A stretch of 64,000 bases of DNA from Lysobacterales bacterium (GTDB lineage Bacteria; Pseudomonadota; Gammaproteobacteria; Xanthomonadales; Xanthomonadaceae). The stretch spans positions 5,082 to 69,081 of the forward strand of contig JANLVT010000045.1 in NCBI GenBank assembly GCA_031364125.1, given 5' to 3'. Numbering within the stretch: position 1 is the stretch's first letter; the number at the start of each line of letters is the position of its first letter. Below are positions 1-8,145 of this stretch, in pieces. The position numbers and the translations under genes are program-made. The notes beneath the pieces are model-generated. The model did not search any database. It saw only the letters and a program-made list of their open reading frames with translations, and was not told the DNA's origin.

Positions 1-422
1 AGCATCGCGGCACCAGCATCGTTCCGCGCGGTCAAGACATCGCCGTCGTCGGGATACGCTTCGATGCAGAGGTGCAGTACAGCTTCGACGGCATCAGTGT
101 GCATGCACGGCCTGATCGCGCCGCTGCGATGTATCAGTTCCCACTCACCTTCGGCATGAGACAGCAAACCGGCAATCACTGTATCGCCACGCTGGAGCAC
201 CAAAACGGCATCGGCAAGGCGTGTGGCATGTTCGATCTCGCGAGCAGCGACCGCCTCCGGCCGATGCCATCTGATTTGCTCAATGAGTCTCGCTGCCTTT
301 TCCTGGCGTGCCGACTCTCGGGCCTCCCGGTGCCCTGCTTTGCGCTCGCGCCGTGCCGCGATCCGGGCGACCGCTGCCTCATCCAGTGGTTTACGTTTCG
401 GTTTCTTCTTGGCCATCGCCAT
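1..422 (-). CDS. hypothetical protein, partial (ORF continues beyond the left edge)
   Basis: My own minus-strand translation from ATG 422..420 stays open to position 1: MAMAKKKPKRKPLDEAAVARIAARRERKAGHREARESARQEKAARLIEQIRWHRPEAV... No family recognised. Absent from the ORF track because no stop lies in the window. Confidence 0.3.
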   Translation of the reverse strand, partial: MAMAKKKPKRKPLDEAAVARIAARRERKAGHREARESARQEKAARLIEQIRWHRPEAVAAREIEHATRLADAVLVLQRGDTVIAGLLSHAEGEWELIHRSGAIRPCMHTDAVEAVLHLCIEAYPDDGDVLTARNDAGAAM

Positions 423-448
423 TCGTTCCCTGATGTGGGCCGGGCATT

Positions 449-637
449 TTACTGGCTGCCCGATGGGGCCATCAGCGCAGCCGGGGTCACGCCGAGCGTT
501 TCGGCCAGCCGGTAGATGTTGAGCAGGGCGATATTGCGCTGCCCGCGCTCGACCCCGCCGAGATTGAGCTGCCCCGGGAATCTCGGAGGCTCTTTGTTTG
601 AGTCACGCCGCCTGCTTTTGCTCAGCGGCCTTCGCAT
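449..637 (-). pseudogene. XRE (Cro/C1)-family HTH remnant
   Basis: The 62-aa ORF ends ...QLNLGGVERGQRNIALLNIYRLAETLGVTPAALM. This matches the recognition-helix and C-terminal half of XRE HTH domains (..ErG.rn..l.tl..lA..LgV). The N-terminal half of the HTH is only visible in another frame (..GVTQTKSLRD..), suggesting a frameshifted relic. Confidence 0.3.
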
Positions 638-752
638 AGTAAGCCGCTTCCGCTTCCGCTGGCGGGATGTCGCCGATCGACGACACGATTCCGGGGCGTC
701 GCTGCCATCCGGGCCGACAGGATGGAGCGGGAGGCTGGGGCCGACCCGCGGA

Positions 753-1529
753 TCAGAACCCGTAGCGCAGAAACCCGCCGTCGACGGCGATGCATTCGCC
801 GGTGACGTAACTCGATGCCGGCAGACACAGGAACGCGACCGCGGCGGCGACTTCTTCGGGTTCGCCGATGCGGCCCATCGGCGTGCGCAGCAGCACTTCG
901 TCGAGATAATCCGGATCGGCGAGTTTGGTCGAGGTGCGGCGGGTGCGGATGTACCACGGCGCCACCGAATTCACGCGTACGCCGTCTTCGGCCCATTCCA
1001 CCGCGAGGTTGCGGGTCATCTGGTGCATCGCGGCCTTGCTCATGCCGTAGGGCGCGCCGCTGCGCACGTGGGTGATGGCGGAAACGCTGCCGACGTTGAC
1101 GATGCACGAGGCGGCGTGTCTGGTCAGCAGCGGGTAGGCGCTGCGCGCGAGTTCGAAGGCGCTGAACAGGTTGGTCTCGAAGATGCCGCGCCATTCGTCC
1201 TCGCTGTAGTCGACGGCGGCTCTGGTGACGTTGCCGCCGGCGTTGTTGACCAGGATGTTGAGGCCGTCGCCGAGATCCTCGACCCAGTCCAGCAGTTCGC
1301 GGCGCTGTTCGTCGTCGGCCACGTCGGCCACCCGGATGCGGACTTCGCCGTCGGGGAATTCTTCTTCCAGTTCGATGCGTACCGAATCGAGGCCGTTGCT
1401 GTCGCGGGCGGCGATGAGCACGCGGGCGCCGAAGCCCAGCAGTTCGCGCGCGATGGCGCGGCCGATGCCGGCGCTCCCGCCGGTGACCAGCGCGAGTTGT
1501 CCGTCGAGACGCCAGCGGTGAGCGAGCAT
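753..1529 (-). CDS. short-chain dehydrogenase/reductase (classical SDR, tropinone-reductase-like)
   Basis: 258 aa. Cofactor motif [14 protein letters not shown], and catalytic S...YGMSK (YxxxK). Confidence 0.9.
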   Translation of the reverse strand: MLAHRWRLDGQLALVTGGSAGIGRAIARELLGFGARVLIAARDSNGLDSVRIELEEEFPDGEVRIRVADVADDEQRRELLDWVEDLGDGLNILVNNAGGNVTRAAVDYSEDEWRGIFETNLFSAFELARSAYPLLTRHAASCIVNVGSVSAITHVRSGAPYGMSKAAMHQMTRNLAVEWAEDGVRVNSVAPWYIRTRRTSTKLADPDYLDEVLLRTPMGRIGEPEEVAAAVAFLCLPASSYVTGECIAVDGGFLRYGF

Positions 1530-1594
1530 GGGGTGGGCCGTCCGCGATGTGGATGGGCGTAGGATAAGCCGCGACCCCGCCGAGGAGGACCACC

Positions 1595-1858
1595 ATGCGC
1601 CAGGCCTTTGTTTTTCGCGCGATCTTCACGATGTCGTTGCTGGCCGGTGTCGGCGGCCTGACGGGCTGCTCGAAGCCCAAGGTGCCCGATCACGACGATC
1701 CGCCCGAACCGCAGGCCGCGGCTGCGGCTGCGGCGCAACCCACGCAGCTGCGCAAGGCGATGCAGAAGCCGATCGACAAGGCGGAAGCGGCGCAGGGCGA
1801 AGTCGACGCCGCGGCCGAACGGCAGCGCGCGGCCATCGACGCCGCGACCGGCGGCTGA
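1595..1858 (+). CDS. small lipoprotein, unknown function
   Basis: 87 aa. Signal peptide with lipobox (..[11 protein letters not shown]), then an Ala/Pro-rich low-complexity mature part. Confidence 0.55.
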   Translation: MRQAFVFRAIFTMSLLAGVGGLTGCSKPKVPDHDDPPEPQAAAAAAAQPTQLRKAMQKPIDKAEAAQGEVDAAAERQRAAIDAATGG

Positions 1859-1881
1859 AGCGGTCGCGGCGGGACGCAAAC

Positions 1882-1911
1882 GACGACGCCCGGCGTTGGC
1901 CGGGCGTCGTC
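1882..1911. terminator. GC-rich hairpin between convergent genes (possible bidirectional terminator)
   Basis: Perfect 13-bp stem GACGACGCCCGGC / GCCGGGCGTCGTC with loop GTTG, between the lipoprotein stop (1858) and the sppA stop (1946). No clear U-tract. Confidence 0.4.
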
Positions 1912-1945
1912 TCGAGCGGTCGAGCGGAATGCGCTGCCGCAGCGA

Positions 1946-3841
1946 TCAGAACCCGCAGAAGCAGTAGGCGTAGGCTTTGGCCGGGGCGCCGCCGGCGCGC
2001 GGTTCCATCGCGCGTTCCAGCATGCGCAGGTCGCGATCGGCCTGCGGCACCACTTTCGCCAGCATGCCGCGGGCGATGTCGGAATGGCCAAGCAGGGCGC
2101 GACCGGTGACGCTGCCGGCGAAGCCGCTGAACCACTGTTCGAACGGCGTCATCTGCCGCTCGATGTAGCGCACCGGATAGGTGCCGGGCTTGCCGCCGAG
2201 CTTGGCGCGCTTGGCGGCGTCGGCGATCGCGGTCTGCAGGCCGCCGAAGGCGTCCACCAGGCCGCGTTCCTTCGCCTGCGCGCCGCTCCACACGCGGCCG
2301 CGGGCGACGGCGTCGACATCGGCCACCGGCTTCTTGCGCGCTTCGGACACCTTGCCGGTGAAATCGCGATAGCCCTTCTCGATCACGCTCTGCATCACCT
2401 GCGACACGTCCGCCGAAAGCGGGCGGGTCACATCGAATGCGCCAGCGACCTTGGTGGTGGACACGCCGTCGGTGCGGACGCCGATCTTTTCGAGCGTGCG
2501 CGAGAACGTGGGGATCATGCCGAAGATGCCGATGGAGCCGGTGATCGTGGACGGGTCGGCGTAGATGCGATCGGCGTTCATGCTGATCCAGTAACCGCCG
2601 GACGCGGCCAGATCGCCCATCGACACCACCACCGGCTTGCCGGCCTTCTTCAGCGCGACGATCTCGCGGCGGATCTGCTCGGAGGCGAACACTTCGCCGC
2701 CGGGCGAGTCCACGCGCAGCACCAGCGCCTTCACGCTGTCGTCGTCGCGGGCTTCGCGCAGCAGCGCCGCTGTGGATTCGCCGCCGATGGTGCCGGCGGG
2801 CTGTTCGCCGCCGGTGATTTCGCCCTCGGCCACCACCACGGCGATGTGGTTCTGGCTGCCCAGCATCGGCATGGCGCCCTTGAGGTGGGTCAGATAGGTG
2901 TTGAACGACACCTGGCGGAAGCCGCCTTCGGCGTCTTCGTCAGGCGTGCCGCGCTTGGTGAGCAGGGCTTCGACTTCTTCCTGCGTCTTCAGGCCGTCGA
3001 CCCACTTCTGCTTCAGCGCGTACTGGGCCAGATCGCCCTGCACCGCGGTGATGTCCGCCGGCAGCGTGTCGAAGCTGGCGGCCAGCTGCTGCGGATCGAG
3101 TTTGCGCGCCTTGCCGATGTCGCCGAGATACCGCTGCCAGATGTCGTTCATCCAGAACAGGTCGGCTTCCTTGGATTCGGGCGATGCCGCATCCAGCACG
3201 TAGGGCTCGGCCGCGGACTTGAACTCGCCGACCTTGAACAGGTGCACGTCGACGCCGAGCTTGTCCTCCAGGCCTTCGCGGAAGTACTGGCGATAGCGGG
3301 CCAGGCCTTCGATCAGCATGCCGCCCATCGGGTCGAGATAGATTTCGTTCGCCTGCGACGCCAGCAGGTACTGGGCCTGATCGTAGCTTTCGCCGTACGC
3401 GATGATCTGCTTGCCGGAGGCGCGCAGGTCGGCCAGGGCTTCGGCCACTTCGCGGATCGAGGCATAACCGCTGAAGGACATGCCGTCCACACGCAGCAGC
3501 ACGCGTTCGATGCGTTTGTCTGTCTTGGCCGCGTTCAGCACCGCCAGCAGGTCGCGCAGCTGCACTTCGTTGGCCCGCGGATCGTTCAGGGCTTCGGCCA
3601 GCGCGCGGCTGGTGGGGTCGATCGTGTACTGCTCGACCAGCGTGCCTTCCGGCGCGATCACCAGGGTGCTGCGGTCGTCCACCGGCAACACCCGCTTGCT
3701 TCCGCTGCCCAGTACGGCGAGGCAGATCAGCAGGAAACCGAAGAACAGGATGTTGAAGATGAGACGGCGGGTGAAATTCATCGCATCCCAAATACCGACC
3801 AGGATGCTGGCGATGGGGCCGCGGCGGCGCGGTTCGTTCAT
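1946..3841 (-). CDS. sppA: signal peptide peptidase SppA, 67K type (S49)
   Basis: 631 aa. N-terminal TM helix (LIFNILFFGFLLICLAVLG) and two S49/ClpP-like repeats (VLRVDSPGGEVFASE, MGDLAASGGYWISMNAD). Confidence 0.9.
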   Translation of the reverse strand: MNEPRRRGPIASILVGIWDAMNFTRRLIFNILFFGFLLICLAVLGSGSKRVLPVDDRSTLVIAPEGTLVEQYTIDPTSRALAEALNDPRANEVQLRDLLAVLNAAKTDKRIERVLLRVDGMSFSGYASIREVAEALADLRASGKQIIAYGESYDQAQYLLASQANEIYLDPMGGMLIEGLARYRQYFREGLEDKLGVDVHLFKVGEFKSAAEPYVLDAASPESKEADLFWMNDIWQRYLGDIGKARKLDPQQLAASFDTLPADITAVQGDLAQYALKQKWVDGLKTQEEVEALLTKRGTPDEDAEGGFRQVSFNTYLTHLKGAMPMLGSQNHIAVVVAEGEITGGEQPAGTIGGESTAALLREARDDDSVKALVLRVDSPGGEVFASEQIRREIVALKKAGKPVVVSMGDLAASGGYWISMNADRIYADPSTITGSIGIFGMIPTFSRTLEKIGVRTDGVSTTKVAGAFDVTRPLSADVSQVMQSVIEKGYRDFTGKVSEARKKPVADVDAVARGRVWSGAQAKERGLVDAFGGLQTAIADAAKRAKLGGKPGTYPVRYIERQMTPFEQWFSGFAGSVTGRALLGHSDIARGMLAKVVPQADRDLRMLERAMEPRAGGAPAKAYAYCFCGF

Positions 3842-3895
3842 TGGGGAGATCTCCTTGATGTGCTGGCAGCAGTGTGCGGGTCGGCGGCGGTGGCG

Positions 3896-5290
3896 TCATC
3901 CGCCATCGGTCATCCCTACCGATAGCACCACGGGAAGGCGTCGCGACAGCCGCAGGAAGCGCAGCCCCAGCAGCACCGCGGCCACGGTGAGGCCCGCGAT
4001 CAGGCCCACCCACATGCCGCGCGGGCCGTAGGCGGGCACCAGGTCGCCCAGGCCGAGGCCCAGTACCGCGCCCAGCGGCATGCCGATGCCCCAGTAGGCC
4101 ACCGCCGCCAGCAGCATCGGCACGCGGGTGTCCTTCAGGCCGCGCAGGGCGCCGACCGACAGCACCTGGATGCCGTCCGGGAACTGGAACGCCGCCGCCA
4201 GCAACAGCAGCGAAGCGGCCATCGCGACGACCGCGGCATCGGAGGTGTAGATGGCGGCGATGGCCTCGTTGCCCAGCAGCAGCGCGCTGCCGGTCAGCAG
4301 TTGGGTCATCAGCACCAGGACGTAGCCGGCGAACGCGGCGCGGCGCAGGCCGTCGCGGTCGCCGCGACCCACGGCGTGACCCACCCGCACCGTGGTGGTT
4401 TCGGCCAGCGCCATCGGCACCATGAAGCAGAGGCTGGCGACGTTGATCGCGATCTGGTGCGCCGCCGCAGGCACTTCGCCCAGCCGCCCGATCACCAGCG
4501 CGGTCGCCACGAACAGCCCGCCTTCCAGCAGCCAGGTGATGCCGATCGGCAGGCCCACGGTCAGCAGGTCGCGGATCTGCGGCCAGCGCGGCGGGTCGTA
4601 GCGGTTCAACAATTGCAGGTCGCGGAACCGGCGCGCGCGGGCCAGATAGCCGGCCATCGCCAGCGCCTGCAGCCACATCATCAGCGCCGAAGCCAGCCCC
4701 AGCCCGCCCGCGCCCAGCGCTGGCAGCCCGCCCAGGCCGAAGGTCAGGGCATAGCCCATGGGGACCAGCAGCAACAGGCCGCCGAAGCCCAGGACCATGG
4801 TCGGAACGGTGTAGTGCAGGCCGTCGCAGAGGTAGCGCATGCACAGGAACACCGCCAGCGCCGGCACGCCCCAGCGGATGCCGTGGACGAAGGCGGTGGC
4901 GCCCGGGCGGATTTCCTGTGCGATCCCGAAGGCCTCCAGCGCCAGCGGGATCGCGCTGAGGAACAGGAACATCGCCAGCCCCAGCCCCAGCGCCAGCCAC
5001 AGCGCCTGCCGGAACAGCGGGCCGATCTCGTCGCGTCGTCCGGCGCCGTCCAGCTGCGAGACCGACGCCGGCACCGCGATCAGGGTGCCCATCGGCACCA
5101 GCAGCGGCAGCCAGAACAGCGCCGTGCCCACCGACACCGCCGCCAGCGTGGCGGTGCCGTGGTGGCCGGCGATGACCGCATCGACCAGACCGATCAACCC
5201 GGTCGAGACATGGCCGGCGATCAACGGCGCGGCCAGCTGCGCACTGCTGCGCAGCTCGTCGCGAAAACGCGGGATGGGGGGTTCTGACAT
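3896..5290 (-). CDS. MATE family efflux transporter
   Basis: About 464 aa and polytopic (12 predicted TM). Typical MATE N-terminus (..ELRSSAQLAAPLIAGHVSTGLIGLVDAVIAGH). Start chosen at MSEPP (5290); the track ORF extends to 5320. Confidence 0.85.
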   Translation of the reverse strand: MSEPPIPRFRDELRSSAQLAAPLIAGHVSTGLIGLVDAVIAGHHGTATLAAVSVGTALFWLPLLVPMGTLIAVPASVSQLDGAGRRDEIGPLFRQALWLALGLGLAMFLFLSAIPLALEAFGIAQEIRPGATAFVHGIRWGVPALAVFLCMRYLCDGLHYTVPTMVLGFGGLLLLVPMGYALTFGLGGLPALGAGGLGLASALMMWLQALAMAGYLARARRFRDLQLLNRYDPPRWPQIRDLLTVGLPIGITWLLEGGLFVATALVIGRLGEVPAAAHQIAINVASLCFMVPMALAETTTVRVGHAVGRGDRDGLRRAAFAGYVLVLMTQLLTGSALLLGNEAIAAIYTSDAAVVAMAASLLLLAAAFQFPDGIQVLSVGALRGLKDTRVPMLLAAVAYWGIGMPLGAVLGLGLGDLVPAYGPRGMWVGLIAGLTVAAVLLGLRFLRLSRRLPVVLSVGMTDGG

Positions 5291-5398
5291 GACTGCGCCG
5301 GAAGCGGGAAACACCGGCATGGGGCCGGCGCATGGGCTGGTATCTTACGGCACCGCCGATCCGATCCATGTCCGCCATCACGTCAGCCCGGGGGGCGC

Positions 5399-6673
5399 AT
5401 GACCGAACCGCAAGCCCACGCCGCGCCTTCCGCCTGCGAAAACTGTAGCAGCGTGCTGCAGGGCAGTTACTGCCACGTCTGCGGTCAGCACGCGCATAGC
5501 CCGCTGCGCAACTTCGGCCATGCGGTCGAGGACGTGTTCGAGTCGTTCTGGCACCTCGATGGCCGGATCTTCCGCACGGTGCGCGACCTGTTCGTGCCCG
5601 GTCGGGTCGCCGCCGGCTATCTGGCCGGTCACCGCGTCCGCTACGTCGCGCCGCTGCGGCTGTTCGTGATCGTCAGCCTGCTGACGTTCTTCGTCGGCAA
5701 GGCCACGCTGCATATCGACAAGGAAGCGGTGTTCAGCAGCATAGACAGTCCGGCAAAGGTCGAACTCGATGCCGGTCCGGCGCCGGCGTCGCAGACCATG
5801 AAAAGTGCTGCCGGAACCGCAGCCTCTGCGTCCGCACCGTCCACGTCCGCCGATGCCGCAGCCGCGCCCAAGGGCGACCTGACCACCATCGACGCCGTCA
5901 TCGCCGATCGCAATCGTCAACTCGGCGGGTTTCGCCGCGAGGTGCTCGAATCCGAGGGCGGCTGGCTGCTCATGCCGCTGTCGGGCCCGGTGCAGGCCGG
6001 CATCGACGACGAGGCCCGCAGCAGGATGCGCGAACTCGGCGCGTCGGAGGCCGAGATCGCGCTGGCGATCGCCCGCGCCGATATTGAACTGGAACAGGCG
6101 GCCGCCACCAGCAAGACCGCGTCCGCCGAAAAGGCCACCGAAAACGCTACCGAAAACGCCACCGAAAGCGCAGCCGATGCCGGCTTCTTCTCGCGCTGGA
6201 TGAAGAAGCGCGTCGAACGCTTCAAGCTCAACAGCGAGGTGATACGCGAAAATCCCGATGAATTCGTCCGCCTGTTCCTCGGCGCGTTGCCAGGCGCGCT
6301 GTTCCTGCTGGTGCCGCTGTTCGCGCTCTTCCTGAAGGTCATGTACCTCGGTTCCGGACGCGGCTATCTGGAGCATCTGGTGGTGGCGCTGTACAGCCAC
6401 GCATTCCTGCTCGCCGCGTTGCTCCTGTCGTTCTTGCTGACCGGTCTGCTGGCGCTGGCGCCAACGGCGTGGACCTGGCCGAAAGTGACGATGGGGATCG
6501 CCGCGACCGGGCTGCTGTTCGCCGTGCCCGCCTATCTGCTGGTCATGCAGAAACGGGTGTACGCGCAGCGCTGGTGGGTCACCATCGTGAAATTCCTGGT
6601 CATCGGCAACGTCTACACGGTGTTGTTGACCTGCGCACTGCTCTACGCTGTGATCGCCGGACTGAGCAGCTGA
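5399..6673 (+). CDS. DUF3667-like membrane protein with N-terminal zinc ribbon
   Basis: 424 aa. CENCSSVLQGSYCHVCGQH zinc ribbon, conserved block FWHLDGRIFRTVRDLFVPGRVAAGYLAGHRVRYVAPLRLF, and C-terminal TM helices. Confidence 0.7.
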   Translation: MTEPQAHAAPSACENCSSVLQGSYCHVCGQHAHSPLRNFGHAVEDVFESFWHLDGRIFRTVRDLFVPGRVAAGYLAGHRVRYVAPLRLFVIVSLLTFFVGKATLHIDKEAVFSSIDSPAKVELDAGPAPASQTMKSAAGTAASASAPSTSADAAAAPKGDLTTIDAVIADRNRQLGGFRREVLESEGGWLLMPLSGPVQAGIDDEARSRMRELGASEAEIALAIARADIELEQAAATSKTASAEKATENATENATESAADAGFFSRWMKKRVERFKLNSEVIRENPDEFVRLFLGALPGALFLLVPLFALFLKVMYLGSGRGYLEHLVVALYSHAFLLAALLLSFLLTGLLALAPTAWTWPKVTMGIAATGLLFAVPAYLLVMQKRVYAQRWWVTIVKFLVIGNVYTVLLTCALLYAVIAGLSS

Positions 6674-6692
6674 CAGCCATAGTGAGAACCGC

Positions 6693-7010
6693 ATGACCCC
6701 GAAGCGCGTGATCTATGAAGTGAACATCGAGGTCGACGCCGCGGCGCACGACGACTACCGCGTGTGGTTGCACGACCACATCGCCGAGATCCTCGCACTG
6801 CCGGGCTTCACCGGCGCGAAGGTGTTCGCGGTGCTGGAGCCGCCGCCCAGCGCGGGCCGGGTCGGTCTGTGCGTGCAGTACGCGCTGAAAGGTCGCGAGG
6901 CGCTGGACGACTACCTGCGCGACCACGCGCCGCGGCTGCGTGCCGATGGCATCGCCCGGTTCGGCGATCGTTTCCAGGCGACGCGACGGGTACTGCGCGG
7001 GGTGCGCTGA
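6693..7010 (+). CDS. DUF4286-like small protein
   Basis: 105 aa. The pattern VIYEVNIEVDAAAHDDYRVWLHDHIAEILALPGF is the one I associate with DUF4286. Confidence 0.55.
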   Translation: MTPKRVIYEVNIEVDAAAHDDYRVWLHDHIAEILALPGFTGAKVFAVLEPPPSAGRVGLCVQYALKGREALDDYLRDHAPRLRADGIARFGDRFQATRRVLRGVR

Positions 7011-7031
7011 GCGCAGGGGCCGCGCCGACCA

Positions 7032-7721
7032 TCAGCTCGGGACGACGCTAGTCCAGAGCTTGCCCAGCCAGCCCGACTTCGGCGATGCGGATGCGCCGTG
7101 CGCGGCGGACTTCGCCGCAACTTCGCCGGTCTTCGCCGCGACCGCAGCATCGCGCAGACGGGCGATCGCCGCCACCCGCTCCGGCGGCAGCTGTTTCATC
7201 ACGAAGCGCGCTTCGTCGTTGAGCGCCAGCCAGGCTTCGCCGTCCAGGCTGCCGTCGGCGCGCTGCGGCAGGGCGCGCTGCAGCGCCTGCTTGTATTCCA
7301 CCGGGTCGACGCCGAACACCGCCGCCGCCTGGGTGTCGTCCAGCCCCACCACCACCCGCAGCAACAGCACCGCGCGGGTGCCGAAGTCCAGCCGGGCCAA
7401 CGAGGCGAAGTCGCCGTGCCAGTACGGCGCCAGCGGCTCGGCGTTGAGGGCGGGGCTCTGCAGCAGGGTGGTCCAGAACAGCAGCGGCCAATCGTCGGGC
7501 GCGGCGCCCTGCGCCGTTTCGCTGAAGGTCTCGATCGCCGAGGTCAGGGCGCGGTCGCCATGTTGGGCGTCGCCGCACTGCAATTCGGCCAGCAGGGCCG
7601 CCCGTCGTTCCACCCCGCGCAGGAAGCTGACGATGGCCCCGGAAGAGGCGGCAGCGGTATCGAGCGTGTGGTGGGAGGACATATCGGACGATAGATCAAG
7701 TACTTGACGGAGTGGTCGCAT
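7032..7721 (-). CDS. hypothetical protein with sigma-70 region-4-like HTH segment
   Basis: About 229 aa. Segment RAVLLLRVVVGLDDTQAAAVFGVDPVEYKQALQRAL resembles a sigma-70 region 4 / LuxR-type HTH. Start chosen at MRPLRQ because of the upstream GGAAGG; the track ORF extends to 7754. Confidence 0.45.
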   Translation of the reverse strand: MRPLRQVLDLSSDMSSHHTLDTAAASSGAIVSFLRGVERRAALLAELQCGDAQHGDRALTSAIETFSETAQGAAPDDWPLLFWTTLLQSPALNAEPLAPYWHGDFASLARLDFGTRAVLLLRVVVGLDDTQAAAVFGVDPVEYKQALQRALPQRADGSLDGEAWLALNDEARFVMKQLPPERVAAIARLRDAAVAAKTGEVAAKSAAHGASASPKSGWLGKLWTSVVPS

Positions 7722-8008
7722 GATGCCTTCCACGTCCGATCTGCAACTTGACAACCATCACGGAACCGGCTCCCTGAGGCGCCATCAGGGTTGCAGGCCA
7801 ATCGACCGCCCGATCCGGTTGTACACAGCGCTCATCGACGCGCAACAAATCCGGCTTTGCCGGCCGCGCGCGCCGCAGACGCGCGATGTTTCACGGACAA
7901 ACGATTGATTTTCATGAGGTTTCATGGGGTGGCGTTTTTTTAGCCATACATCGCGGAACCCTTGGATTTAGCGCACAAAACTGTTCGCGCATCGAGTCAT
8001 GCACAAAC

Positions 8009-8031
8009 TTATCCACAGCTTGTGTGGATAA
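8009..8031. promoter_or_regulatory. inverted pair of consensus DnaA boxes
   Basis: TTATCCACA (8009-8017), GCTTG, TGTGGATAA (8023-8031). Both arms match the 9-mer DnaA box consensus TTATNCACA exactly. The pair lies about 115 bp upstream of the priA start, in a locally AT-richer intergenic region. Confidence 0.4.
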
Positions 8032-8145
8032 TGCCGAATTCCCTTTGCGATCCGCCACTTGCGGGTCATTCGTGTACCGCCCGGCAGCAATGCGGTGCAA
8101 GTGAGGATCGAAGCCGCCGCGCCGGGACTCGGTAGACTGCCGGCC

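Noticed and set aside
2084-5381. Very long ORFs antisense to sppA and the MATE gene (2084..3925 plus strand, 613 aa; 2940..5381 minus strand, 813 aa). Similar giants occur elsewhere: 8230..10485, 18292..21282, 36096..38384, 38686..40803, 40367..42928, 46244..50005.
   Set aside because: Their compositions are Arg/Ala/Gly/Pro-dominated and typical of off-frame or antisense reading of high-GC genes. They have no recognisable motifs, and each overlaps a gene with clear family signatures on the other strand or frame.
7755-8145. The DnaA-box region considered as a chromosomal replication origin.
   Set aside because: I saw only two boxes, no cluster of additional boxes, no obvious AT-rich 13-mer unwinding element, and no dnaA/dnaN/gidA context. 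A regulatory or DnaA-titrating site is more plausible than oriC.
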